Translations under genes and position numbers: made by a program | Part shown: positions 1-7,996 of the stretch, piece after piece | How positions within the stretch are numbered: the stretch's first letter is position 1 | How the letters are laid out: each line of letters starts with the position of its first letter | Notes under the pieces: model-generated | Database searches by the model: none | Told to the model about the DNA's origin: nothing | What the model saw: only the letters and a program-made list of their open reading frames with translations | Source: Pseudomonadota bacterium | GTDB lineage: Bacteria; Pseudomonadota; Alphaproteobacteria; Caulobacterales; Parvularculaceae | Length of the DNA stretch: 64,000 bases | Assembly: GCA_039822105.1 (NCBI GenBank) | Contig: JBCBMW010000004.1 | Span: forward strand, 55,418 to 119,417 | Direction of reading: 5' to 3'

Positions 1-2
1 TT

Positions 3-584
3 GGTATCGGTGTACGGACGGCTGCAGTAACTGCGAACCCGGTGCAGGGCGCTTTGACCAACACCCAGGGCGATCTTGATATCGCGATCGAAGGCCGCGG
101 CTTTTTTGATGTTGAGCTTCCCTCTGGCGAGATCGCCTATACGCGGGACGGCCGGTTCTCCCTCGACCCCAACGGTGTCATCGTGACGGCCGAAGGGTTC
201 CCGGTTTCAGGCGGTATCACCGTGCCGCCAATCGCGCGCTCGGTGCGCATCTCGAACGATGGGCAAGCCTTTGCCATTTTCGACGACGGGACTCCTCCGC
301 AGCAGATCGGCATTTTTCAGGTCACGACGTTCACGAACGAACAGGGCCTCGAGGCCTTGGGCGGTAACCTGTTCCGCGAGACCGAGGCGTCTGGCGTGCC
401 GCTTGGCGGTTTTGCTGGTATCGATGGCGCGGGCTTTCTTCGCCAGGGGTACTTGGAAGAATCCACCGTGGACGTGGTTGCTGAGATCGCAGACTTGATC
501 GAAGCCCAACGCGGTTATGAGCTCAACTCGCGTGTCATGACGGCTGCGGATGAAATGCTGTCCGCCACAACACGGATCCGGTGA
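3..584 (+). CDS. flgG: Flagellar basal-body distal rod protein FlgG (5' truncated by window edge)
   Basis: Frame is open from base 3 (GIGVRTAAV...). Motifs TQGDLDIAIEGRGFF, YTRDGRF, LEESTVDVVAEIADLIEAQRGYELNSRVM. Followed by flgA-flgH. Confidence 0.93.
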   Translation, partial: GIGVRTAAVTANPVQGALTNTQGDLDIAIEGRGFFDVELPSGEIAYTRDGRFSLDPNGVIVTAEGFPVSGGITVPPIARSVRISNDGQAFAIFDDGTPPQQIGIFQVTTFTNEQGLEALGGNLFRETEASGVPLGGFAGIDGAGFLRQGYLEESTVDVVAEIADLIEAQRGYELNSRVMTAADEMLSATTRIR

Positions 585-982
585 TGAGGGTCTGGCTCAT
601 CCTTCTCGTGCTCGGCATGCCGGGCGCCGCGTCAGCTGAAGTGCTGGCGACCCGGCCGCTTGCTCGAGGGCATGTTCTGACGGAGATCGACCTCGATGCG
701 ACGTCCCCGGAAGAGCTGCGGACGTTTGTCGGTATGGCCGTGCGCCGTCCTATCTTTGAGGGCCGTGCCATTCGTCCTTACGACGTGACGTTGCCAGTGG
801 CGGTGAGCCGCCAAGACACTGTCGTTGTGCACTTTCGGCGCGGCGCGTTGAGCCTTGAGATGACAGGTCGCGCGTTGAGCGAGGGGTCCGTCGGTGAGCG
901 GATCGATATCTCCCTTCCGGGTCGCCGGAACCCTATAGGTGCGGTGGTGACAGGCCCAGGCCAGGTGGAGGTTGGCGCATGA
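581..982 (+). CDS. flgA: Flagellar P-ring formation chaperone FlgA (short form)
   Basis: Signal peptide, SAF-like segment, C-terminal GRALSEGSVGERI motif. Lies between flgG and flgH with 4-nt overlaps. Confidence 0.85.
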   Translation: MMRVWLILLVLGMPGAASAEVLATRPLARGHVLTEIDLDATSPEELRTFVGMAVRRPIFEGRAIRPYDVTLPVAVSRQDTVVVHFRRGALSLEMTGRALSEGSVGERIDISLPGRRNPIGAVVTGPGQVEVGA

Positions 983-1665
983 TCAAACGTCTGACCATGA
1001 CGAGCGCTCTGGGCCTTATGACAGCTTGTGCCTCATCAACGATTGAGGCCGAGGACATCGTCGTCGCGCCCCGTCAGCAAGCAGAGGAATTTGTTCCGGC
1101 GTCGATGTCGGCCTCGCTCTGGAACCGTGATCCTCAATCCCTTTTCGGCAACCGCCGTGCGCGAGAGGTGGGTGACCTCCTTACCGTTGTGGTGCAGATC
1201 GACGACAGGGCTGATATCATCAATGACAGCCAGCTCAACCGGATATCGGAGCGTACTTTCGATATGCCCGCCGGGTTCGGTTTGCCGCAATGGGCCTCCA
1301 ACTCGCTGCCGTTTGACGCCACGCTCAACCCTGGTCTCGACCTGACAAGCGAGGAGAGGATCAGGGGGCAGGGGAACCTTCGGCGTGCGGACGAGATCAC
1401 GCTGCGCCTTGCTGCGCGGATTATCGACGAGCTGCCATCGGGTGATCTCGTTATCGAAGGCAACCAGTCCGTACTCGTCGGGGCGGACAAGCGACGGCTG
1501 CATGTCTCAGGGATCGTTCGTCCTGAGGACATCTCAAGACAGAATATGGTGATGCATGACCGGATCGCGGAGGCTGACATTCGCTATGTCACCGGCGGTC
1601 CGATCAGTTCAACCGGGCGAAGAGGATTTGGGAATAGGTTCCTCGACGTCGTTCTTCCGTTCTAG
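979..1665 (+). CDS. flgH: Flagellar L-ring lipoprotein FlgH
   Basis: Lipobox LMTAC, SLFGNRRAREVGDLLTVVV, LSGIVRPEDI-like segment, C-terminal ...LDVVLPF. Confidence 0.95.
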   Translation: MIKRLTMTSALGLMTACASSTIEAEDIVVAPRQQAEEFVPASMSASLWNRDPQSLFGNRRAREVGDLLTVVVQIDDRADIINDSQLNRISERTFDMPAGFGLPQWASNSLPFDATLNPGLDLTSEERIRGQGNLRRADEITLRLAARIIDELPSGDLVIEGNQSVLVGADKRRLHVSGIVRPEDISRQNMVMHDRIAEADIRYVTGGPISSTGRRGFGNRFLDVVLPF

Positions 1666-1693
1666 GAGGGAACGGGCTTAACTGGAGGTATGG

Positions 1694-2125
1694 GTGGTGA
1701 AAGTTCAGACATGGAAAAGCGTGCTTGGCGCGCTTTGCTTAAGCATGGCCTTCGCGCCGGAAGCGGCGCTGGCTGGCGGCAAATCTAAGCAAGAGGCCAA
1801 GACGACGGTCCTCCAATTCAAGCGGCCTTTTGTCGTGCCTGTGGGTAATGACTTGCGGACGCAAGGCATGGTCGTTGTGTCGTTCAACATTGAATTTGAT
1901 AGCAAAATCGCCAATGAAGCACTTGAACGGGAAGAGATCATCCGTGACCGGATTCTCATGGCGCTGATGGGCCTCTCCTACGAAGGCGCATTTGATGAGG
2001 GGATCGCCGACCCCGCTGTTGCGACCATGATCAAGGAGAAGATCCAGATCGTTCTCGATAAGCTCTACCCGGACGGTGTTGAGCAGATCTTGATTCAGGA
2101 TCTCGTCAGCCGGCGCGTGACTTAA
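1694..2125 (+). CDS. fliL: FliL-like flagellar basal body-associated protein
   Basis: N-terminal hydrophobic segment, PFVVPV...EEIIRDRILMAL...QILIQDLV pattern. Directly after flgH. Confidence 0.65.
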   Translation: MVKVQTWKSVLGALCLSMAFAPEAALAGGKSKQEAKTTVLQFKRPFVVPVGNDLRTQGMVVVSFNIEFDSKIANEALEREEIIRDRILMALMGLSYEGAFDEGIADPAVATMIKEKIQIVLDKLYPDGVEQILIQDLVSRRVT

Positions 2126-2391
2126 ACCGCCTCTGGGTCTGTCCGCAGGATATTGATGATCTCTTCGAGGTTGCTGTTGGTCTCGATCTGTTGCTCAAGA
2201 GCATTGATCGTCGCCAGCTGTTCAACGAACTGATTGGCGTCGAGTGGTTCCAACGGGTCCTGGTTTTCGATCTGCGCCGTGAGAAGCAACAGGAAATCGC
2301 TCATCTCATCGGATTGCTCTGTTTGCGTGCCGACGTTTTCGGTGGCGGCGCCTGTCGTGCTGCTGCTGGTAACGTTTGAGACTTCCATCAT
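2122..2391 (-). CDS. flgD: Flagellar hook capping protein FlgD (N-terminal domain only, 89 aa)
   Basis: DFLLLLTAQIENQDPLEPLDANQFVEQLA signature. AGGAG RBS. Downstream of fliK. Confidence 0.9.
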   Translation of the reverse strand: MMEVSNVTSSSTTGAATENVGTQTEQSDEMSDFLLLLTAQIENQDPLEPLDANQFVEQLATINALEQQIETNSNLEEIINILRTDPEAV

Positions 2392-2397
2392 GCGCTC

Positions 2398-3546
2398 CTA
2401 GAGTTGAATATCCAGCGCGCCATCATGGCGACTGCTGACGATCATCGATTGTGTTGGGGTGGAGGTGTCGTTCACAAGCCACAGAGGCTGTGGTCCATCA
2501 GCGTCATCTGAGGATTGATCGGCTTGCTGCCAATCAAGTTCGACATCATCGAACCCGCTATCTTTAAGGTCACCAGCCAGGGTGTCGCCGTTGCGGCGCA
2601 TGAGGTCGAGCGTGTCGCTTTCTGACGCGCTGATGACCGCTTTCACTTGGCCCTGACGACCGACCTCCAGTTCGATCAGCACCCGGCCAAGCTCAGGCGG
2701 ATCGAGTTGCACCTCAATCGTACCCGACCTCGTTCCAGCGCGGATGGTGTCGCGCACCTGGGCGATTGCTGGTGCTTCGGTCGCAGGGTTGGCAGCGGTG
2801 ATCGGGCGCGCCGTTTCGGCGCCTTGGCTTGTCACCGGGGACTCCGCCGGAGCGCCAAGGACCGGCGTTGAAACATCCGCAGCCACCGTGGTGGCCGACG
2901 GCTGCACAGTCGCAGCTTCAAGTTTGATCGGTACAGGTGCTTTCTGGGCCGGGACCGCATCGGCGCCCAAAGTGTTCGAATAGAAGGCTTTGTCGTTCAA
3001 GAGCCCGTCGCTTTTCACCCGAAGTGGTCCATCAGCTGGGGCCTCTAGGTTGGCTGGGCCTTCTGCTTCAAGCGTCGCTGGTACCGCCGCGGTGGCGGTC
3101 GCCATCTGGTCTATTGGCTTGGTCGTCGAGTTGCCGGCCAGTGGAGCAGGGACTGTGACGGCCGTGCCGGATTGAGAGGCTGCGTCAACGTTCACGGTGG
3201 AGACAATGGAGGAGGGAGGCGCATAAGGAATGTTCGCGTCACTCGGCAGGTTCGTGGCGGGTAGAGTGACGACGCTCGCGCCTTGTGCAGTTGTTTGCGG
3301 CAGGCTTGCCGTGATCGGCAATCGCGATGTCGCTGTGAGGCCGGTGGCAGCCGGTGCAGCGGCATTTGATGCGGCGTTTGCAGGAAGCGCTTGGGCTGGA
3401 GCCTGTTCGCCCGTCTGCACATGAAGCCCAAGGGCCTGTTCGAACATGGCGAGAAGTTCTGGATCATCCGCAGCCGTTGCAGTTGTCTGCGCGGCACCGT
3501 CGGGCGACTGGGGCAGGAGCGAGGCGGGAAGATTGAGTGCGTGCAT
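2398..3546 (-). CDS. fliK: Flagellar hook-length control protein FliK
   Basis: Long Ala/Pro/Thr-rich disordered N-terminus and C-terminal IEVQLDPPELGRVLIEL domain. Confidence 0.9.
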   Translation of the reverse strand: MHALNLPASLLPQSPDGAAQTTATAADDPELLAMFEQALGLHVQTGEQAPAQALPANAASNAAAPAATGLTATSRLPITASLPQTTAQGASVVTLPATNLPSDANIPYAPPSSIVSTVNVDAASQSGTAVTVPAPLAGNSTTKPIDQMATATAAVPATLEAEGPANLEAPADGPLRVKSDGLLNDKAFYSNTLGADAVPAQKAPVPIKLEAATVQPSATTVAADVSTPVLGAPAESPVTSQGAETARPITAANPATEAPAIAQVRDTIRAGTRSGTIEVQLDPPELGRVLIELEVGRQGQVKAVISASESDTLDLMRRNGDTLAGDLKDSGFDDVELDWQQADQSSDDADGPQPLWLVNDTSTPTQSMIVSSRHDGALDIQL

Positions 3547-3626
3547 GGTGTCGCTTTAAACGTAGAAACCTTGCCTAAACCTTTACGGGTGAGAAACCAT
3601 GAGCACAGCTCATAAGGGTTTTTGTT

Positions 3627-3920
3627 ATGGCTTTAGAAATTCTCGCGCCTACGGTTGAACCGTCCCAAAACACCATCAGAACCAATCAAGCCGTCGATCC
3701 TCAACGTCAGGCGGCAGAGCAGTTGCAGGTCGCTTTCTTCACCGACATGCTGATACATGGCGGTTTTGCGGATGCATTTTCGACAGGTTCCAACACACTG
3801 GATTCATTTACATCTCTCCTCGTTGAAAGTGTAGCCAAGGAGATTGCTGCCAAAGATCCATCGTTGGCTGATCATTTCTACAGCCAACTCAAGGGCCAAA
3901 AATCCGGCCCGTCAGACTAG
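3627..3920 (+). CDS. flgJ: Single-domain rod-binding protein, FlgJ-like (no muramidase domain)
   Basis: AAEQLQVAFFTDML...GF...F..FTSLLVESVAKEIA pattern. Divergent from fliK, upstream of flagellin. Confidence 0.65.
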   Translation: MALEILAPTVEPSQNTIRTNQAVDPQRQAAEQLQVAFFTDMLIHGGFADAFSTGSNTLDSFTSLLVESVAKEIAAKDPSLADHFYSQLKGQKSGPSD

Positions 3921-4094
3921 TGCATCCTATCAAATGATCCGCATCAGCACCGGTTGTGAGAAGCTGATGTGAAAGCTTCACGCAGAATTAAGCCTTACAA
4001 CCGTAAAGCTTGTGACGCAATCGGAAGTTGCGGATGCTGGTGGTCCCGAGGACAGCGGGTTCACGCGCCAGCAAAATAAACAGGATGCAGATCA

Positions 4095-5759
4095 ATGGGA
4101 TCGATCAACTTCAACCAGAGCGCTCAGGTCGCGCTCATGACCCTCAACATGGTCAACAAGAACCTTTTTGAGGTTCAAGACCAAATCTCAACCGGCAAGA
4201 AAATCGCTTCAGCTAAAGACAACGCTGCAGTCTGGGCGATCAGCACCGTGATGGAGTCCGATGTGATGGGCTTCAAACAAATCAACGACAGCCTCAACCT
4301 CGGCAGCTCGACTGTCGAAGTTGCTCGCGCTGCAACAGAAGAGGTCACAAGCCTTCTTCAGGAAATCAAAGCCAAAATCGTTGCTGCACAAGAATCGAAC
4401 GTTGATCGCACCAGCATTCAGCGGGACGTTGATGCCCTCCGTGATCAAATCGATTCGATCGTTGACGCGGCACAGTTCAACGGCCTGAACCTGCTCAAAG
4501 GTGGCGAGGACATCCAAATCCTTTCGTCGCTTGACCGTTCCGACGCAGGTGTTGTCACGCCGCGGAACATCGCCGTGGGTCGTGCTGACCTCAGCGATAC
4601 GGCTGGCACAACTGGCGCTGCGCTCGGTGCGACTGATGCGGGTGCTGTTGATATCGACGCTGGCTCGTTCTCAGGTGTTGATGATGGTGACGTGGCAGCG
4701 GCAACGCCTTCCACGCCTTCGCCAGGCACCGTGACCCTCACGGCGACAGCCTTCACCGGCGGTGCTGTGAGCGACAGCCTTGAGTACAGCATCGACATCG
4801 GTACGGCAGCTCCTGTCGTCGTGACGATCTCTCTGACCGCTGCTGACGGCGACGTCGCCGCTGACGGCGCTGCGACGACCACGGAAATCGCTGATGCTCT
4901 GCAAGCTGGCCTGACGGCTGCAGGCGTTCTGCCTGACGGTGTGACCGTTTCGCGGACCGGTGACGTCCTGACTGTCAGCAACAACTCGCAGACGCCAATG
5001 AGCGTCACTGTCACCGATACGTTCACCGACGATTCGGCGAGCACCACGGCTGCGATCACCAACGGCTCGGCTGGCAACATCGCTGTTGCCACCTCCGACA
5101 CTGGCGCATTGGCCAGCACGGCTGACGCTGATGTGGAGAACCTCCGTGCCGCTATCCCAGCACTCAGCACGCCAGGCACGCAAACCCTGACGCTGCAGAC
5201 CGGCACGATCGATGAGGGTACCCTCTATCGTCTGTCCATTGATGGTTCGACCATTGAGTATCGCACCATCGCTGGTGATGACGCGAACAGCGTTGCAGAA
5301 AAGCTTCGTGATCGCGCAACGGCTATCGCTCCTGAAGACTTTGAGCTCAGCGTCGTTGACAACATCATCACCTTCACCAACAGCACGGCCAACGTTGTCA
5401 ATGTGGAAGCTCAGGTGAACGGCGGCACGGGCGGTGGTTCGCTCGAAGATCTCCGTAACCTGTCGGTTCTGACGACGGACGCTGCACGTTCGGCTCTTCT
5501 CGACATCGAGATCATGATCGAGTCTGCCATCGACGCTGCGTCTTCGTTCGGTTCGGCGCAGAACCGCATCGATATTCAGAGCACGTTTATCGACCGCCTG
5601 GTCGGTTCGCTCGAGGCTGGTGTGTCGGGTCTGACCGATGCCAACCTCGAAGAAGCATCGGCTCGTCTCCAGGCTCTGCAGGTGCAGCAGCAGCTCAACA
5701 TCCAGGCTCTGTCGATCGCCAACGCGGCGCCTCAGGCCCTCCTGGCTTTGTTCCAGTAA
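4095..5759 (+). CDS. fliC: Flagellin, 554 aa with large variable region
   Basis: N-terminal QDQISTGKKIASAKDNAAVWAI and C-terminal GLTDANLEEASARLQALQVQQQL...LSIAN conserved domains. Codon choice suggests high expression. Confidence 0.97.
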   Translation: MGSINFNQSAQVALMTLNMVNKNLFEVQDQISTGKKIASAKDNAAVWAISTVMESDVMGFKQINDSLNLGSSTVEVARAATEEVTSLLQEIKAKIVAAQESNVDRTSIQRDVDALRDQIDSIVDAAQFNGLNLLKGGEDIQILSSLDRSDAGVVTPRNIAVGRADLSDTAGTTGAALGATDAGAVDIDAGSFSGVDDGDVAAATPSTPSPGTVTLTATAFTGGAVSDSLEYSIDIGTAAPVVVTISLTAADGDVAADGAATTTEIADALQAGLTAAGVLPDGVTVSRTGDVLTVSNNSQTPMSVTVTDTFTDDSASTTAAITNGSAGNIAVATSDTGALASTADADVENLRAAIPALSTPGTQTLTLQTGTIDEGTLYRLSIDGSTIEYRTIAGDDANSVAEKLRDRATAIAPEDFELSVVDNIITFTNSTANVVNVEAQVNGGTGGGSLEDLRNLSVLTTDAARSALLDIEIMIESAIDAASSFGSAQNRIDIQSTFIDRLVGSLEAGVSGLTDANLEEASARLQALQVQQQLNIQALSIANAAPQALLALFQ

Positions 5760-5780
5760 GCCCTCGCGGCTTCACTCCAG

Positions 5781-5810
5781 CGCTAGGCCTTCGGGCCTAG
5801 CGTTTCTTCT
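5781..5810 (+). terminator. Intrinsic terminator after flagellin
   Basis: CGCTAGGCC-TTCG-GGCCTAGCG 9-bp stem with C(UUCG)G loop, followed by TTTCTTCT. Confidence 0.85.
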
Positions 5811-5837
5811 ACCCTAGTATGATTGGTCGGTGTGGTG

Positions 5838-6209
5838 ATGGTTCCCAATGCGTATAAGGTGGTGCAGCGCCAAACAGTTTCCGGCCGAGCCCTTGAACGC
5901 GAAATTCTCGAACGTGTGACCTCGCGCATGAGGGCGGCAGACACGACGAGCACCAAGGGCCTTGCAAAGCTCCACGACGCTTTGCGCCTCAATCGGAACA
6001 TTTGGATGACATTTGCTGTCGACCTTGCCGCGCCCAACAATCCCTACCCTGATGAGCTCAAAGCGTCGATGATCAGCCTTGCTGGGTTCATCGAGAAGAA
6101 CACAGCCGCCGCAGCGTCGGACAAAGACTTGCTCGATACCCTGGTGAGCATCAATGGCAGCATCATCGAAGGGCTCAGTGGCACGGCCGCTCCCGCGGAT
6201 GAGGGCTGA
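5838..6209 (+). CDS. flaF: Flagellar biosynthesis regulator FlaF
   Basis: AY...RALEREIL...ALRLNRNIW...DLAAPNNPYPDELKASMISLAGF...LVSIN..IIEGL. ATG at 5838 preferred over TTG at 5823. Confidence 0.92.
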   Translation: MVPNAYKVVQRQTVSGRALEREILERVTSRMRAADTTSTKGLAKLHDALRLNRNIWMTFAVDLAAPNNPYPDELKASMISLAGFIEKNTAAAASDKDLLDTLVSINGSIIEGLSGTAAPADEG

Positions 6210-6212
6210 CCG

Positions 6213-6632
6213 ATGGCTGGTTTGATCCTCAACCTGCGGCCATGGGAGACTTTCTTGGTCGGTGACCTTGTTCTGCAGAACGGCGGACGGCGGGCGCAGA
6301 TCCGTGTGCGTGACGAGCGGGCAGGGGTGTTGCGCCTTTCAGATGCTCTCCATCCGGACGGGGTGAAGACGCCGCTGACCCGCGCCTACTACGCCGCGCA
6401 GATGCTGGTGCTCGGCCAGGCAGAGGAGGGTAGAGATCGTGACCTTCTGCTGCAACTCTTGGACGAGATCCGCGCCGCGTTTGGCGACCAAAGTGATGGG
6501 CTGCGCGAAGCTGCCGCGCTCGCCGCTGAGGGGCAATATTATAAAGTTCTCAAAATCTTGAAGCCTCTTCTCCCCGATGAGGCCATGCTTCTCACGCGGG
6601 ATGTCCAGGCGCTCGAGCACAGCCCAAAGTAG
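6213..6632 (+). CDS. flbT: Flagellar biosynthesis repressor FlbT
   Basis: MAGLILNLRPWETFLVGDLVLQNG...LHPDGVKTPLTRAYYAAQ...YYKVLKILKPLL. Confidence 0.92.
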   Translation: MAGLILNLRPWETFLVGDLVLQNGGRRAQIRVRDERAGVLRLSDALHPDGVKTPLTRAYYAAQMLVLGQAEEGRDRDLLLQLLDEIRAAFGDQSDGLREAAALAAEGQYYKVLKILKPLLPDEAMLLTRDVQALEHSPK

Positions 6633-6649
6633 CAATGATCAAGGCTCTG

Positions 6650-6666
6650 TTTAGGTTTAGTTAACC
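6650..6666 (+). promoter_or_regulatory. CtrA-like box upstream of flgB operon
   Basis: TTTA-GGTTTAG-TTAACC, one mismatch to TTAA-N7-TTAA(C), about 45 nt before the flgB start. Confidence 0.6.
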
Positions 6667-6711
6667 AAAAGTTGTGTAGCTCCGACGTGTCCCTTTTTTC
6701 GGGAGTGAGCG

Positions 6712-7029
6712 TTGGACCACGGACTTTCCATTCTCAAACTCGCAAGCGCCATGGCCCGCCACGCTGGCCATGTGCACGCGGCCACGGCATCGAACATCGC
6801 GCGCGCCGACGTGCCAGAGGCCACCGCGAGGAAAGCGGCGAGCTTTAGGCAGAGTCTGCGAGCGCTCGAACAAGGCAAGACCCCTCAGGACGAGGACACC
6901 GGTCAGGCCATCAGTATTGAGAGAGAAATGCTGTCCATGGCTGAAGCCTCCGGCCAGCACGGCGCTGCCACGGCAGTGTGGAAAAGCACGCTCAACATGC
7001 TCCGCCTCGCGATTACTGGGCCGCAATGA
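6712..7029 (+). CDS. flgB: Flagellar basal-body rod protein FlgB
   Basis: TTG start with GGGAG RBS. ASNIARADVP-type N-terminal motif and C-terminal ISIEREMLSMAE. Precedes flgC. Confidence 0.85.
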   Translation: MDHGLSILKLASAMARHAGHVHAATASNIARADVPEATARKAASFRQSLRALEQGKTPQDEDTGQAISIEREMLSMAEASGQHGAATAVWKSTLNMLRLAITGPQ

Positions 7030-7412
7030 TGCTTGATCCTATCCTTGGCGCGTTGAGCGCTGCGTCCAGCGGCATGGAAACCCAGAGTTTCCGTATGCGT
7101 CTGACGTCGGAGAACCTTTCGAACGCGGACACCCCAGGGTACCAACGCAAACTTCTGTTCCTCTCTGAACTGAAAGGCGGGGGCGGGGTGGAGGTCGAGC
7201 GTCTCCGGCTGAGCAAGAGAGCCGGCACGGAAATCTACGATCCCTTCCATCCGCTGGCTGATGCGAGCGGGATGGTGGAGAGCTCAAATGTCGACTTGAT
7301 GGTGGAGCTGGCCGACGCTCGCGAGGCGCGCCGCAGTTTTGACGCCAATGTCCAAGTTTTTCGTCAGGCCCAAGATTTTTATCGTGGGCTTCTGGATTTG
7401 CTCGATCGATAG
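7026..7412 (+). CDS. flgC: Flagellar basal-body rod protein FlgC
   Basis: ASSGMETQSFRMRLTSENLSNADTPGYQRK, YDPFHPLADASG.VESSNVD. Start is ATG 7026 or 7029. Confidence 0.93.
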   Translation: MMLDPILGALSAASSGMETQSFRMRLTSENLSNADTPGYQRKLLFLSELKGGGGVEVERLRLSKRAGTEIYDPFHPLADASGMVESSNVDLMVELADAREARRSFDANVQVFRQAQDFYRGLLDLLDR

Positions 7413-7424
7413 GGGAGAGGTGAT

Positions 7425-7697
7425 ATGAACATCAACGACGTTGCGGCAGCAGCAGGCTATGCTGGGCTCAATCAGCTGAAACCCCAGGGCCTCGGCGGTC
7501 TCGCGGGGCTCGGTGAGCGCTTTGCGGCCGTTTTCGAGCGCGCTGATAGTGCAGCCCAGGGTTTTGCGACCAAGAATGTCGACGCGCAAACGGTCGTCGA
7601 GGCGCTGAGCCAGGCGGAACTGGCGCTGCAAACCGCCATCACCGTACGCGACCGCGTCGTCGCGGCTTACCAGGAAGTGCTCCGGATGCCGATATGA
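7425..7697 (+). CDS. fliE: Flagellar hook-basal body protein FliE
   Basis: VVEALSQAELALQTAITVRDRVVAAYQEVLRMPI signature. Confidence 0.95.
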   Translation: MNINDVAAAAGYAGLNQLKPQGLGGLAGLGERFAAVFERADSAAQGFATKNVDAQTVVEALSQAELALQTAITVRDRVVAAYQEVLRMPI

Positions 7698-7957
7698 CGG
7701 AGGCTGATGTTCTCAGTCTCCTTCGGGCCTCTTTGCGCGTCGGAACGGGGATGGCGATGCCGATTCTTCTGTCCGCCCTCGCGGCTGGTTTGGCCATCGG
7801 ACTGCTGCAGGCACTGACGTCCATTCAAGAGCTAACGCTCACATTCGTGCCGAAGCTGTTCGTCATCGTCATCGTCTTTTGGCTGACGGCTGGGTTTATG
7901 GCCGTCAGTTTGGTGGGTTTTTTTGATCGCCGGGTGTTGCCGCTCTTCTTGATGTAG
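7694..7957 (+). CDS. fliQ: Flagellar export apparatus protein FliQ
   Basis: GLAIGLLQALTSIQELTLTFVPKL signature. Confidence 0.95.
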   Translation: MTEADVLSLLRASLRVGTGMAMPILLSALAAGLAIGLLQALTSIQELTLTFVPKLFVIVIVFWLTAGFMAVSLVGFFDRRVLPLFLM

Positions 7958-7996
7958 CGAGCGGCCACAGGGGCGAGGGGCTGAGGGAGAGCCGCC

